Shown here piece after piece: positions 49,781-62,259 of a stretch of DNA of 64,000 nt; the stretch's first letter is position 1, and each line of letters opens with the position of its first letter. This stretch comes from Rhynchobatus australiae (Eukaryota). The DNA is taken from positions 74,220,598 to 74,284,597 of the forward strand of contig JAUZTB010000118.1 in NCBI GenBank assembly GCA_034780895.1. Direction: 5' to 3'. Under the pieces are notes generated by a model. It was not told the DNA's origin, did not search any database, and worked only from the letters and a program-made list of their open reading frames with translations. The position numbers and the translations under genes are program-made.

Positions 49781-49869
49781 AACCTTACTTTGTCCAGGCT
49801 GTGGATTACAATGATTATATCTACTTCTTCTTTCGAGAAATAGCTGTAGAGTACAACACCATGGGAAAG
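49781..49869 (+). CDS. sema6a: Semaphorin-6A exon 9
   Basis: gttacag| (E)PYFVQAVDYNDYIYFFFREIAVEYNTMGK |gtagtg; 89 nt. Confidence 0.96.
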
Positions 49870-50796
49870 GTAGTGATCAGAACTTTCCTGAATATTATGG
49901 GGCTATCACCAGTAAAAGTTATAGATCTTTACTGCTGTAATCTGCTGTGAAACTGTTAGAGTATGTTGCTTGCCTTTTGTTTCGTTTTAACTAAGAGGGA
50001 AGTATATTCAGGAGCATCAGCCACGTACAATTGAATAAATAAGTTAGAGGGCAGAATCTTAAGAATAGTACCAAATGCATTGTGCAATGAAACAGGCTTA
50101 GGTATGTTTGTGAAAAAGCAGGAGGGATACTGATGGCATGAACAGGACTAAGCACAAGAGTGAAATGATTGGAGGGTTTATGTGTTTGTTTGGGGAGCGA
50201 TGCTAATGGCTTAAATCCAGCGTCGGGCTAAGAGGGTCACTGCGATTATGTGATAATGGTTTTGTTGCTTGGTGTGTTTATTTGTCCAAGTCAATCCAAC
50301 GTAGTAGGCAAGGTTTGAGGTGGGATGAACACAAACTGAAAGCTAAACAGTCCATATGAAATGAGTTACAAACAGGAAAATTACTGGTTATGGAACTCCA
50401 AAGGGATTTAAACATTTGTGCTAAAAAGTCAGCCTTGAAGAGTTGCAGCAACAGCCCCTGGGCCCAAGTAATAGAGTAGAGGGAGTTCTGTAAAAGGCTT
50501 ATACAAGGTTCCTGCCTAGAGTGAAATATTTTCTTGTCAGTTCTCACACAAAGAAAAAGTTTATTGATTTAGCTTGAGGATGTGCTTCCCTTGTATATAA
50601 ATATGAAACTCAAAGGAACAGTTTTGTAATATGATTAACAGGCAAATTAACAGATGGTAAAATAAACTTCTGCACTCATTAGTTTTTGTCCTGAGAAATG
50701 GTACTGAGAGTTTCTAATGCATAAGAGACACATTAAGATAATGTCATGCTCACTGTACTGTGGCACTGATATCCTATCCTACACAAAGCATGAAAA

Positions 50797-51212
50797 TATC
50801 AGGATCAGGTTTATTATCACTGACATTTATCATGAATTTTGTTGTTTTGCAGCAGCAGTACAGTGCAAGACACAAAAATTACTATAAGTTACAAAAATAA
50901 ATAAATAGTGCAAAAGAAGAATAATGAGGGAGTGTTCATGGGTTCATGAACTGTTCAGAAATCTGATGGCGGAGGGGAAGAAGCTGTTCCTGAAGCATTG
51001 AGTGTGGGTCTACAGGCTCCTGCACCTCCTCCCTAATGGTAGTAATATGAAGAGGGCATGTCCTGGATGGTGAGGATCCTTAATGATGGATGCCGCCTTC
51101 TTGAGGCGCCACCTCTTGAAGATGTCCTCGATGGCGGGGACAGTTGTGCCCATGATGGAGCTGGCTGAGTCTACGATCCTCTGCAGCCTCTTTCAATTCT
51201 GTGCATTGGAGG
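50797..51212 (-). mobile_element. Rex1/Babar-type LINE 3' end
   Basis: atcaggatcaggtttattatcactgaca tail; gaagaagctgttcctga, gaagagggcatgtcctggatgg and atgatggatgccgccttc are the reverse of KAASIIKD.HHPGHALF...RNSFFP. Confidence 0.8.
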
Positions 51213-52219
51213 ATCATTGAATTCCCAATCAAAATTAACAATATGGGAAATCATTAATTTAATATAATGGAGTAGGATAGAACAATAATTCAAGTTATAA
51301 CAGTAAAACTTAAAATTAATATTATAAGGAGCTATACTACTTTGATTCTGTAACGTGTATAATCGCAATGAAGAAGGCTGACNNNNNNNNNNNNNNNNNN
51401 NNNNNNNNNNNNNNNNNNNNNNNNNNNNNNNNNNNNNNNNNNNNNNNNNNNNNNNNNNNNNNNNNNNNNNNNNNNNNNNNNNCAGTGACCACAGAAATCT
51501 CCTTGCCATAAAAAAAACAGAAGCGGCATCCAACCCAGCTCTCCTGACCCTCTTCTATTTCTTTGCTGAAGGTTGTGATTCCAGAACAAGATTCTATAGG
51601 TATCAGCAATAAACTAAACCTCAACTCAGTAACAATTTGCAGAGAACTGGAAACAAACCCTTAAATGAGAAGGATAGGCAGGCTAATACAATGGTGAGAG
51701 TAGCTTACACCAGAAAGACCAGAGGTTTAACCTTGTCCTTATGACATATTACCACACCAGGCAGTAGCCAGGTCCGTCAGTGGGGATGTCTCTATTTTCA
51801 CCACTTCTGTAAGTTTATTGAAGCTGAGAAATCCAAACAATTTCCTGACCTCAGGAGATTCTGCATTATTTCCAGGTCTGGCCATGATCAACTTCTGGGT
51901 TTAGAGAAGAACTTTACAGACATTTCTTCACAGATTACCCTGGAGTATTCAGCTTTTTTACTGCCATAGTCAGGAATCCACATGACTTCTGATGGGGTAG
52001 TACAAACTGTGATTCATATGCTATCACAACTGTATGGGACAGGTTGGATTGGACACAGGATCTATCCCTACCTATTGCTGTGTCTGCGCTCCTATCTGAC
52101 GCTTCCATGAACAAGACTGGGTTGGCAAGATCAAACGGCATTTAGTCACCAGCAAGCTCATTCTGAATTTAATTCTGACACTGAGAGAAGTTTTCTGTGC
52201 CCTCCAACAAAGTGTAGGA

Positions 52220-52660
52220 TCTGAACACAGGGTACAATGTAAAGGAGTGGGTCATTTATTCCCTTGAAGCTGTTTTGTCATTCAGTTAATTCAAGCCTAA
52301 TCTGTGACCTAGTTCCGTACATCCACTTTCATCCCATTATACCTTAATAACTTTACTTAACACAAGTCTATTAATCGTGGAATTAAAGTCAACAATTGAC
52401 CGGGTATCAGTTGTCATTTGCAGAAGCAAGTCCCAAATGTCGATCAGCCTTTGCTAATATCATTCCTAAAAAGTTTGGCTCTAATTTTTAGAGTCTAACC
52501 CGAGAATCCATATTCTACCCAACCCTGTCAATTCCCTTTAAATATCCTTCAAACTCTGAGCAAATCACCTCATGATCTTCCAAGCTTCATGGAATGCAAC
52601 ATGAAGTTGTGCAATCCATACTCAGACTCATAATTCATCCCCTTTGGAATCAAGATTTCA
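52220..52660 (-). mobile_element. Old CR1 3' fragment
   Basis: aaggagtgggtcatttattcccttgaagctgttttgtcattcagttaattc...ggctctaatttttag pattern, highly decayed. Confidence 0.5.
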
Positions 52661-53449
52661 TTCAAAAATGGTCTTTTTCAGAATGTCATTTAAATCTACA
52701 AAGGCCACGTGTGCATTTAACTTTTTTTTCTTGTTTCTTCCCATTACCACTTCCCCTCGTTTCCTACTAAAATATCGGATAATCTGTGCCATCTCCGATA
52801 ATGAACAGTGAGCTTTATAATAGCTGGAAATAAACGGAATGATGGAACATAAATGGTGACCTCAGGTTAACTCCATTGCTGTATGCTGTGGCATGTTACC
52901 ATTCCTGTGGGAATGGATCTAAATTTTCCAATTTCTGCTGAATCATAATACTACTTTACATCACAGTATCTGTTGCAACTCAGTACGAATGGCAGGGATC
53001 TTCAAGCTCCTGTTTGATATAGCAGATTGTTAATGACTCACTTCTCTGTGTAATATATGTGGTTACTCAGTTTCCCAAATGTGGAGGGACAACCAACTGA
53101 TTCCCTTGTCTATGTCAGCAGAATCAATGTAGGGGAAGGGACCTCACTTGAATGAGTATATTAGCTTAAAAACACAGAAGAAGTACCCAAACTTCCAGTC
53201 TACATGCCCTTTAGATAGTATTAACAGAAATTGTTAATTCAATTTGCGAAGCTCCTCAGAGACTGACCTTGCATAAAGTATTCTTTAACTAGGCATATCC
53301 AAGTACTTACTTGCTGCACCACTGGAGACCTGATAATTTTATTTTAGTATGAACTTTAGCTTAAGAGCAGGGGGCTATGTGGAGAATTTATAAAGTGATT
53401 GCTTGAGAGCTGAAGGGAATGCCGAAAGACTTGCACTGATATTTTTCAG

Positions 53450-53667
53450 GTTCTTTTCCCACGAGTTGCTCGAGTCTGTAAAAATGACATGGGAGGTTCT
53501 CAAAGAGTATTGGAGAAGCAGTGGACATCCTTTGTGAAGGCTCGACTCAACTGCTCTGTACCAGGGGATTCGCATTTTTACTTCAATATCCTACAGTCAG
53601 TGACAGATGTCGTACGTATTAATGGTCGCGATGTCATTCTAGCAACATTTTCTACACCTTATAACAG
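53450..53667 (+). CDS. sema6a: Semaphorin-6A exon 10
   Basis: ttttcag| [72 protein letters not shown]+AG |gtaaac; 218 nt. Confidence 0.97.
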
Positions 53668-54391
53668 GTAAACATTATAGGTAGCATTTGGAATGCAAAA
53701 CTAAAACTTAAAATGATATATTCAAAGCACACAATTTGTTTGAACTACCAGTGCAGAAAACTCTGCAAATTAAGTGGAGGTCAAATGTAATTTTACCAGG
53801 GTTCCTTAATTAAATCTTCAGAATGCACATATTATTTGCACTTTTCTTTTTAAGAAGCTGTTATTTTAAAGTAAATTGGATGCACTTGCATTTTCACTCT
53901 AAAAGTGGCTAATTCTAAATCTGCTGATGTTGTTACATCTCTGAGGTTGTCTTTGCTGCTCTAAGTACCTACTAAAATGACAAGGACAGAATCTCTATTT
54001 GAGCATGTCTAGAATCTGCAATATTTGGCCCTTGTTTTTACGCATAGAACCAGCAGTAGTTCATCTTTCCTGTTGCATAATTGGTCATCATTTGCTGACT
54101 AGAGCAAAAATGAACTAAATAAACAGGACAAATAAAACCTAACAAATTATGTGTACAAGCACAATTCTCCAATGTCATCTGCAAGGGACTGTATTCGTGG
54201 AGAAGTCAGAGAAGGAAGTCAAGTGTGGTGGTTTGGGTTAGCTGGTTGGAAAATACCCTGAAACTGTGTGAAAGCTCCTACCATCTTGTTAGTGGGAGAC
54301 TAGGAAGCTAAATTCAAAGAATGTGTTAAGGATTAATTTGCTGCATGGGATTTGAGTGAACTGTGGCTTTCTGTTAAATGTCAAACTGCAG

Positions 54392-54523
54392 CATCCCTGG
54401 CTCAGCAGTCTGCGCGTATGACATGGAGGACATTGCCACTGTTTTTACTGGTCGATTCAAAGAGCAGAAGTCTTCTGATTCCACCTGGACCCCTGTGCCT
54501 GAAGACAGAGTTCCTAAGCCAAG
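54392..54523 (+). CDS. sema6a: Semaphorin-6A exon 11
   Basis: ctgcag| (S)[43 protein letters not shown]+AG |gtatgc; 132 nt. Confidence 0.97.
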
Positions 54524-57108
54524 GTATGCTAGCTATCTTTAAGATATATTTTCTAAGAAAATTCTTTAAAAAGTGTCCAGAAATGTTCAACGTATAAAAT
54601 CTTTTTATTCTGTTGAAGTTTGGCTCTCTGTGGCCAGATTGTTTTCCAAAGTAATAGTTTATGACATTCCTGCACAACGCAGAGCACTGATTCCATTTAC
54701 ATCCTATTAGCTCACTGTAAATGCATGACAATGTTTTTTTTCCTTCATGTTGTCCTGCATATAAGAGAAGAATGAGTACGGAAAGAGATAACATTTCACT
54801 GAATCTTGAAGCGATATGAATTCAAAATGAAAATAAAAAATGTTGTTATTTCTATTTGGCTCTGCTGACTTTTATATAAGATAAGCAAAACTGCAGGCTC
54901 AATGTCTATTGATGATACTGCTTCATACATTGTTAGTGTTGCTTTCAGCCAGAAGCTGCCTCATCCTATTTGTATTCTTGGTTGAAATGCGACTCTTGGC
55001 TATGGTGTACTATCCAGATAAGCTGTGTTTTAGTGATACTCTTTGGGGATAAATATTAGCTGGGGCACCTCTGAAATAATCTGAGGAAAAAAAAGTCATC
55101 TTTAAGCATCCCAGACGAACATTTTGAAGGGTTTAGTAGAATTTTGCTATACAAAATGCCATAACCAATATATCAAAAATATTGCAATGCATAAGTGCAC
55201 TCATATGGTAATTAGGTTGTAAAAATAAACTGTGAATGATATATGTGCAAATGCTCAGTGCGTTTGTTTGAGATTCCTTCCCCTGCTGTTTTAGCAGAGG
55301 TGTTAAGCTATTTAATTTAAAACAGGTTAATTCCTCCTGTTGAATAGCAAAGAAAAGGATTGAAACAATTGCATTAAGTGGGCACTACTCCCATTGTGTT
55401 TGGCAAGCAATCACTCTCTTTGATTCACAATTAGAATAATCCAGTTGATTTGACAATTNNNNNNNNNNNNNNNNNNNNNNNNNNNNNNNNNNNNNNNNNN
55501 NNNNNNNNNNNNNNNNNNNNNNNNNNNNNNNNNNNNNNNNNNNNNNNNNNNNNNNNNNNNNNNNNNNNNNNNNNNNNNNNNNNNNNNNNNNNNNNNNNNN
55601 NNNNNNNNNNNNNNNNNNNNNNNNNNNNNNNNNNNNNNNNNNNNNNNNNNNNNNNNNNNNNNNNNNNNNNNNNNNNNNNNNNNNNNNNNNNNNNNNNNNN
55701 NNNNNNNNNNNNNNNNNNNNNNNNNGACAATTGATAATCAAAGTAATTCTTGAGAGCCAGTCTTGTTTTATTTTAAGCACACAACAATATAGTGTTTATT
55801 TCAGACATGCTTTTGGAGACTCGATTATTAAAATTTATTAGCAACCTAGTGTCTGTTCAGATTTCTCAGCTTTCTGCCATACGAGCAATCCAATAGTGAT
55901 TTAGTTATTTAAAATGCGTGGAATTATGATGTGGATTTATTTGATGGGGTAAAGTGCTTAATTTAATTTTTAGCCTTTGTTAGTCCTATGGCAGCCTGTC
56001 TATATCGAGATATCATGATTGATTCTTAAAACATTTGCTGCTTTATAAGTCAAATTCAACTTTAATAATTAAAACAATCCAAATTTTAACCACCACTTCT
56101 CCCCTCCCACACTCCCCCCCCCAACTGATTCAATAGTTCATTTTGTTTTGTTAGTCATTCAATTCTAACCAGAAGACCAAATCAAGCTACATTAATTTCT
56201 GAACATTCCAAATTTCTGTTTCCACGATTTGCTGTACACTTCTTCTACCTCTCTAACAAAGACTCCTGTCCGCCCCAAGATGCCTTAGTACCATGAATGG
56301 CTAGAGATAATCTCCTAACACCCACCCATGTCAATCTAGAAATGGTCTGGCAAGTGGCCTGCTGGGTAATACTATCATGCTTTGCTCTTTGCTGTGGACA
56401 AAATTTTGGACTTTCTCTTGACACCAAATAGAATTTGTTGCTAATAATCTATTATTCTGCATTTTGGGGATGAGCAGTTAACTACAGACATCACTTTGTC
56501 ACAGAATCTAAACAGATGCAAATCTAGAATGTGCAAAAATGCAAACTGGCTGTTGGTTGGTTTAGCTAACTGCAAAATGTGCTGTGTGTATATGTCCAAT
56601 TTCAGTGTGTATATGTCAAATTTCATAAAAGACTGGTTGCATTTTAATTAGCTAGCTCGGAGTATTGAGACCTTGATACCCACATGGGAATAAGCTAAAA
56701 TGATCTCTCATCTACTCAACACATACACCTTGCTAGGCTTCTGAGGTGGGCTGCAAAGTGCCCTGTGAGGCATGTATTACGCACAAATAACTTGGAGCCT
56801 GGAAGTTTCATGAGGAAATACCTTGGCTAGATGTACCTTTTAATTGCACAACCACCGAGTATGGATTAAGTGAGCAGTTCATTGGGATCCAATTGTTGTA
56901 AAGTAATCTTCAAGTCCTATTGAAAAATTACATTATGCAGAGGAAAATCAAAAATAGTTTTATAGACAAGACACACTATTTCCTTCATCACCTCATCTTA
57001 AAATGCCTCTATAACCCTCAAGAGTTTCTTAAGTGCCAATTTAGCAGAATCGTGTTTGCTGGCTGCTTTCTCCCTCTTTGACAATCACATCTTTGTTCTC
57101 CTGCACAG

Positions 57109-57264
57109 GCCTGGTAGTTGTGCAGGTTCACTATCACTGGAAAAGTACGGCACCTCCAACGGATTTCCGGATGACACCCTCAACTTCATTAAAACGCACC
57201 CACTCCTGGACGAAGCTGTGCCCTCAATTTACAATAGGCCGTGGTTTTTGAGGACAATGGTCAG
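57109..57264 (+). CDS. sema6a: Semaphorin-6A exon 12
   Basis: gcacag| (R)PGSCAGSLSLEKYGTSNGFPDDTLNFIKTHPLLDEAVPSIYNRPWFLRTMV+AG |gttagt; 156 nt. Confidence 0.97.
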
Positions 57265-57369
57265 GTTAGTACTTCCCTTTATTTAGTCTTAATTTAATCC
57301 AATGCCAATCCTTTCTTGCTGGCCTGTGTTGGCAATGTTTCCAAAGAAGAAGGAAACAAGTTTCATTGC

Positions 57370-57690
57370 TTCTCTGGAGTCTAGAGGACTCTTCAAGATA
57401 TTAGGGAGCACTGATAGGGTACATAAAAAGAAATGAGCTCTACTGGTAAGAGAAATTAAAACCATAAAAGATTAGAATTGGTTTGCAGGGGAAAACCTAC
57501 AAAGTACTTCTGATTGCATAAAGTAGCAGAAATGCAGATGCTTTCAATTGTTATTAACAATCTGAACTTGATGTATTTTTGTTAGCCAAAGACATTAAGG
57601 GATATGGGGAAAAGGATCATCAGGTATAATCTCATTGAATGGCTGAACAGCCTTGTCAGGGCTACCATCTAAACAGCCTGTTCCTACACT
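57370..57690 (+). mobile_element. Old CR1 3' fragment
   Basis: tctctggagtctagagg...ttcaagatattagggagcactgatagggta...attaagggatatgggga...atctcattgaatggctgaacag. Confidence 0.55.
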
Positions 57691-58746
57691 CAGTGAGTTT
57701 TCACAATATTATTTTATCAAATGGACAATATAGGCCAGGAACCAGAACTTTGTTATATGAAATAGAATGGTTCCCTACAGGGTTTTCTATCAGTTCTAGT
57801 TAATGGCAATCAGCAAAGATATTTTCTAAGCTGTTTGCAGTGTGTTAGGTAAACAGATTTGTTGAGGATTATGGTGAAATCATGCAATTGTAAAAGAAAG
57901 AACATCTTCAAGCAAAGATGGTGTAACAGCAGATGCTGTCTGACTGAAAATCAAGGATACTAAATGCAGAAGCAGTTTCTATGAGAAAAAGGGGTTAATG
58001 TGAAGGAGCACATTGGAGACATTTAAATTTTCTTTCTCTTTTTACAATCTAATTAACATTCTGTACACTTTTGACATTTTCATGCAGTTTCTTTTAAGAA
58101 AGGATTTTTGCTGCTCTGGCTTTGATATTAGTTTTAGTTGGCTGGTGTGAGCTCCTGTTCATTGGTAGCAGTGTAGTTGCTGGGGAAATATTTATTTAGT
58201 GCGTGACTTTCTGTAGCGTCTGGTTGAAGGCAGCACAGCTGGTAAGAGTTTAAACAGTGAGTGCACTGTTATGCCCATATATAGAGAAAGATCAGTTCTC
58301 CAAAAATCATATTTCATGGGTTAAACAATGCAGCCCTTGGTACAGATATATTTAGAATTTAAGTTCTGTTGATCTGCCAGTGTAGGTGAACAAAAGGGAG
58401 CTTGTCTGTTTCTTGAAGCAGTCAGCATATTACTGTTAAATGGGAACCAGCTCTGGTTAAAGAATCCACTTGATAGGTCACACACAAGCAAAAGCTCTCT
58501 GTTATATTGTGAAGGAACTCGTTACATTTTGATTTCATCATTGTTACCCCCTTTTCAGTGCATTCTGGGTAGGGCATTATCTGCTTTGTTGGCTTTAAAA
58601 GAAAGACTGATTATGTTGTTTGAGATGATACTGAAATATACTTTAAAAATATATTCCTGTTTAATATTTCAGCATTTAATATGGCTTTTACAGTATAACT
58701 GGATTTTAATATAAATTAAATGAAACCTGTTCATTTTTTTAAATAG

Positions 58747-58920
58747 GTATCGGTTGACTAAAATTGCAGTGGACATTGCTGCTGGTCCATACCAAAATTA
58801 CACTGTGGTGTTTCTAGGGTCAGAGAAAGGAATCATCTTAAAGTTTCTGGCCAAAGCAAACATGGGCTCCATCAATGACAGCATCTTCCTGGAGGAAATT
58901 AATATCTACAATGTAGAAAA
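58747..58920 (+). CDS. sema6a: Semaphorin-6A exon 13
   Basis: aaatag| (R)YRLTKIAVDIAAGPYQNYTVVFLGSEKGIILKFLAKANMGSINDSIFLEEINIYNVE+AA |gtaggt; 174 nt. Confidence 0.96.
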
Positions 58921-59199
58921 GTAGGTGCACTACCTCTTCACATTTGTGATTTAAGCCTAATGATACTCATGGTTTGATTTCAAATACCCACAAAGATCAA
59001 ANNNNNNNNNNNNNNNNNNNNNNNNNNNNNNNNNNNNNNNNNNNNNNNNNNNNNNNNNNNNNNNNNNNNNNNNNNNNNNNNNNNNNNNNNNNNNNNNNNN
59101 NGTTTGATTTCAAATACCCACAAAGATCAAAAACCAGTGCATTAAAATAAGGCCAGCACATCGATCATGCTCTGCACAACTGTAAAGGGCAAAATTTGC

Positions 59200-59365
59200 G
59201 TAATGTCTGAGGACGAACTCGTGTATTTAAGGCGGAGAGATACATTTTTGAAAGATCAAGGGATTGTGCGATCTGGAGAACTGGGACAGGAGATAAATTG
59301 AGGCCAGCATAGATCATTCATGAACATATTAAATGGCAGCACAGGCTCCAAATTTCTTGTGTTTT
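59200..59365 (+). mobile_element. Short CR1 3' terminal fragment
   Basis: tatttaaggcggagagatacatttttg...gaggccagcatagatca...aaatggcagcacaggctc. Confidence 0.55.
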
Positions 59366-59537
59366 GCTGTAATTCCTGGTGACATCGATAACATAATGAT
59401 CCTCATTTTACACAGACTAAAATGCATGAATGAATAGTTCCTTGGCGCAGGGAGAGCTGCTAATTCTTATAGAAACTTAACAGTCTCTGTGCATTGAACG
59501 TAATTCTCACGATGTAAATTTTGCCATCCGGTGTTAG

Positions 59538-59678
59538 GTGCAGTGTTGATGGTGTGGAGGACAGAAGAATTGTGGGTATGCAGCTTGATAAACCCAGTAA
59601 TGCTCTTTTTGTGGCATTTTCCACTTGTGTCGTGAGGGTGCCTCTTGCTCGATGTGAACGACACAGCAAGTGCAAAAA
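59538..59678 (+). CDS. sema6a: Semaphorin-6A exon 14 (end of Sema domain, start of PSI)
   Basis: gtgttag| (K)CSVDGVEDRRIVGMQLDKPSNALFVAFSTCVVRVPLARCERHSKCK+AA |gtaagt; 141 nt. Confidence 0.96.
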
Positions 59679-59701
59679 GTAAGTATGGGGTTTCCCATTG
59701 G

Positions 59702-59746
59702 CGTGCGTGTGTGTGTGTGAGAGAGAGTGTGTGTGCACGCGCGTGC
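59702..59746. repeat. Compound (GT)n(GA)n(GT)n microsatellite in short intron 14
   Basis: gcgtgcgtgtgtgtgtgtgagagagagtgtgtgtgcacgcgcgtgc. Confidence 0.8.
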
Positions 59747-59817
59747 ATTTTTTGGGAGAGGGTTTACACGGATAATGCCTTAGGTATGCATTCACAAGTT
59801 CTTTGTCACTTCTGCAG

Positions 59818-59895
59818 GGCTTGTGTTGCCTCTCGGGACCCCTACTGTGGTTGGCTGAAGGAGGGATCATGTGTGCAGCTGTCACCAGCAACTAA
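59818..59895 (+). CDS. sema6a: Semaphorin-6A exon 15 (PSI domain)
   Basis: tctgcag| (K)ACVASRDPYCGWLKEGSCVQLSPAT+AA |gtaagt; PSI motif RDPYCGW; 78 nt. Confidence 0.96.
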   Translation, partial: GLCCLSGPLLWLAEGGIMCAAVTSN

Positions 59896-61109
59896 GTAAG
59901 TGATTCCTTTTAAATGAAGGAGAGGTGAACAGGTAGAATCTGTGACTGGAGAAGTTAAGTAAGCAGCATTGACAGTACAGGTCCTCCCCAGGTTACAGCA
60001 GGATTGCCTTCCTGTGAACTGTTTGTAATCTGAACAGTTCACAAGTCAGAAATGCAACTGCAAACTGAGTTCCCACACTGCAGAAGATGCCTGCAGCCAT
60101 GAGGCAGCTGGCAGATCCATACCACCAGTCTCCCAGATGTGTACGGGCAGTACATAAGTCGGGCATTTGTAAGCCAGGGAGGACCTGTACAAGGGCTGAA
60201 CTCTATTGGAAACCGTTTTCCATTGAAGTCAATGCAGTGAAGTTATTTGCTGTCTGTTGCCCAGAGTCCTATTGGAGGATTGAATGTCATCTNNNNNNNN
60301 NNNNNNNNNNNNNNNNNNNNNNNCTTTTATTATAAAAGAACAGTCACTTTTTGATGGTCTTGGTGGTTAGAACTCAAACTGAAAAATTGATGTTTGCTAA
60401 AGTGAGAACATAAGTGTGTTTATCATAGCATGGAAAAAAGGACTGAGCTTCGGTGGGGATAGAGCCTTACTCTTCTCCCTACCATATCCCGATCCACAGT
60501 ATTTTTTTTCCTCCTGTTTCTTCACGCTACACTCTACCTGCAGCAGGGTGGACAAGATATGTACTGCCAATTTGTACCACTGCTGTTCTCTTCCAAGGTG
60601 GTTTGATAGCANNNNNNNNNNCTTTTATATTGATCGACACTGAAGCAGACTGGTCCTTTGAAAGTCACAGCTGAAGTAAGGAACTTAGGAGAGTGGCAAT
60701 GCACAAGCACAGATTCTCATCTGAGCATCCCAACTGTGCACTATGTAATAAGAAGCAGGTCTATGTATTAATATGTAACAATATGGTAAATGCCACACTA
60801 TGGAACAGATCCTAGTCCTTGAGTAAATCTTGGGCTTTGCAACTTATGTACATCAAGCTATCAGGAGGAGAGAATTTGCAAATGGTGTAATATCTGCTTC
60901 AGAAGACATCACACCATGACTTTCTAACACCAGTGCACTGGGTGATACACTCCCTGTCTACTGTATTGCATGTTATTGAGCATCCTAAAAGCAGGCACAA
61001 TGCAGCCAAGAATTTATACAAGATAAGCCAATTGTAATTTTTGCTGTTTTTGGAATGTTAGCCCATTCTGTTTATTTTTCTACAAAACCCTCTACAATCG
61101 ACAAGCAAC

Positions 61110-61660
61110 ATTAGCACCACCTTAATGCCATGCAGTTACCATTTCCAATCAAGAGTCTAATTACGTCCCCTTGATTTCCAATGATAGTACTACCGCCGAC
61201 ACAGCTCAGTATCTTGGAGAGAAGCAAGGTGGAATAGTAGTCAGTACTGATTATAATTTCAACTGGACTAGTCACAGGAGTACTGCAGTTACAGGAAAGG
61301 TCAGATGCTGGTTTTCCTGCTGCAAGTGACTTCCTTCTAAAAGCCTCCCCAGTATCTACCAGGTACAAATCAGCAGTGTGATTATAACACTCTCCAATTG
61401 CCTGGATGAGGAGGGTTCCAACAACACTCAACAAGCTTCACACCATGAATGCAAAATTAGCTGCTTGATTGGCTCCCCACATACCAGCCTGCACATTCCC
61501 TTCCTCCATCACAGGGGCAACATTGCTGCAGTGGCTAAAAAATGCAGTTACTGAGGTTACTCTGACAGCACCACCTAAAATCATGATCTCCAAGAAGAAT
61601 AAGAGCAACAGGTGCATTCAAGCACCACTACCTGTAATATTCCCCCCTGAGCTTGTAGGC
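61110..61660 (+). mobile_element. Degenerate CR1/L2-clade LINE 3' region
   Basis: aactggactagtcaca...ggtcagatgctgg...ctctccaattgcctggatgag...ccaacaacactcaacaagctt...gcttgattggc; same family as 2165-3060 in the opposite orientation. Confidence 0.7.
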
Positions 61661-62200
61661 CAATAGTAAATGCTCAATTTATATTTTGCCATTACAGCTA
61701 GTTCTAATATCTTGGATATAGAAGTTGTACATATTCCACACTGGACACAAGTCATTGCCCAACAAATTCATATGTTGCCAAGCCATGAAGTTATATGCTT
61801 TACTTAGAGATTGTATGTTTGAACTATGGCATCGGTCTGTAATGGGGCATTTTTCATTGCCTCCTTTAGCTGCCCTTTAGAATTGAAAAGTAGGAAATAG
61901 AAAGTGATTTAAAGTTCAGTCATAAGCAAGGATCAATACTTTTGCTCCATACCATATCCATGTCCTCTTCTCATGATCCTAACCTCAACCCTTCAATTCC
62001 CCAACCTGGAGACAAGGAGAATTGTGTTTTGACCTCCTCAGCTGGAATTAACCAATAAGCATAGGTCAGGGGTTTTGGTCTGTGGATGATCCTCACGGAA
62101 TGTTGTCAATCCTATCTGAACTATCAGCTGAACTCAATATTTCAGAGCTTTGGTGATTCTTTATAACCATTGGATGGTATTCTCTCTTTCTCTTCGGTAG

Positions 62201-62259
62201 ATCATCATTTGAACAAGATATCGAGCATGGGAACACAGATGGCCTGGGCGACTGCCAAA
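62201..62259 (+). CDS. sema6a: Semaphorin-6A exon 16 (last coding exon visible)
   Basis: ttcggtag| (K)SSFEQDIEHGNTDGLGDCQ+A |gtaatc; 59 nt. Confidence 0.94.

Larger units (their letters stand above)
4810..62259 (+). other. sema6a: Semaphorin-6A gene span, 5' portion (putative exon 1 through coding exon 16; continues past the window end)
   Basis: 15 coding exons splice with GT-AG boundaries into an uninterrupted ORF (MKSEALLLYFSLLHFVGAGFPEDSEPISIAHGNYTKQYP...GNTDGLGDCQ) closely matching vertebrate SEMA6A. Exon sizes are 100/118/61/63/102/94/120/89/218/132/156/174/141/78/59. The 5' boundary is uncertain. Confidence 0.93.

Noticed and set aside
56585-56626. Two tandem 21-bp units (gtgtgtatatgtc(c/a)aatttca)
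   Set aside because: A simple slippage duplication with no further structure.
58972-59131. Exact 30-bp direct repeat (gtttgatttcaaatacccacaaagatcaaa) on both sides of an N run, superficially CRISPR- or TSD-like
   Set aside because: It flanks a 100-N placeholder gap and is most simply overlapping contig ends (assembly artefact). There are only two units, in eukaryotic DNA.
59645-59899. ORF running through intron 14 into exon 15
   Set aside because: Only 59818-59895 is real coding sequence. The intron is 139 nt and retention gives an immediate TAA in the exon-14 frame.
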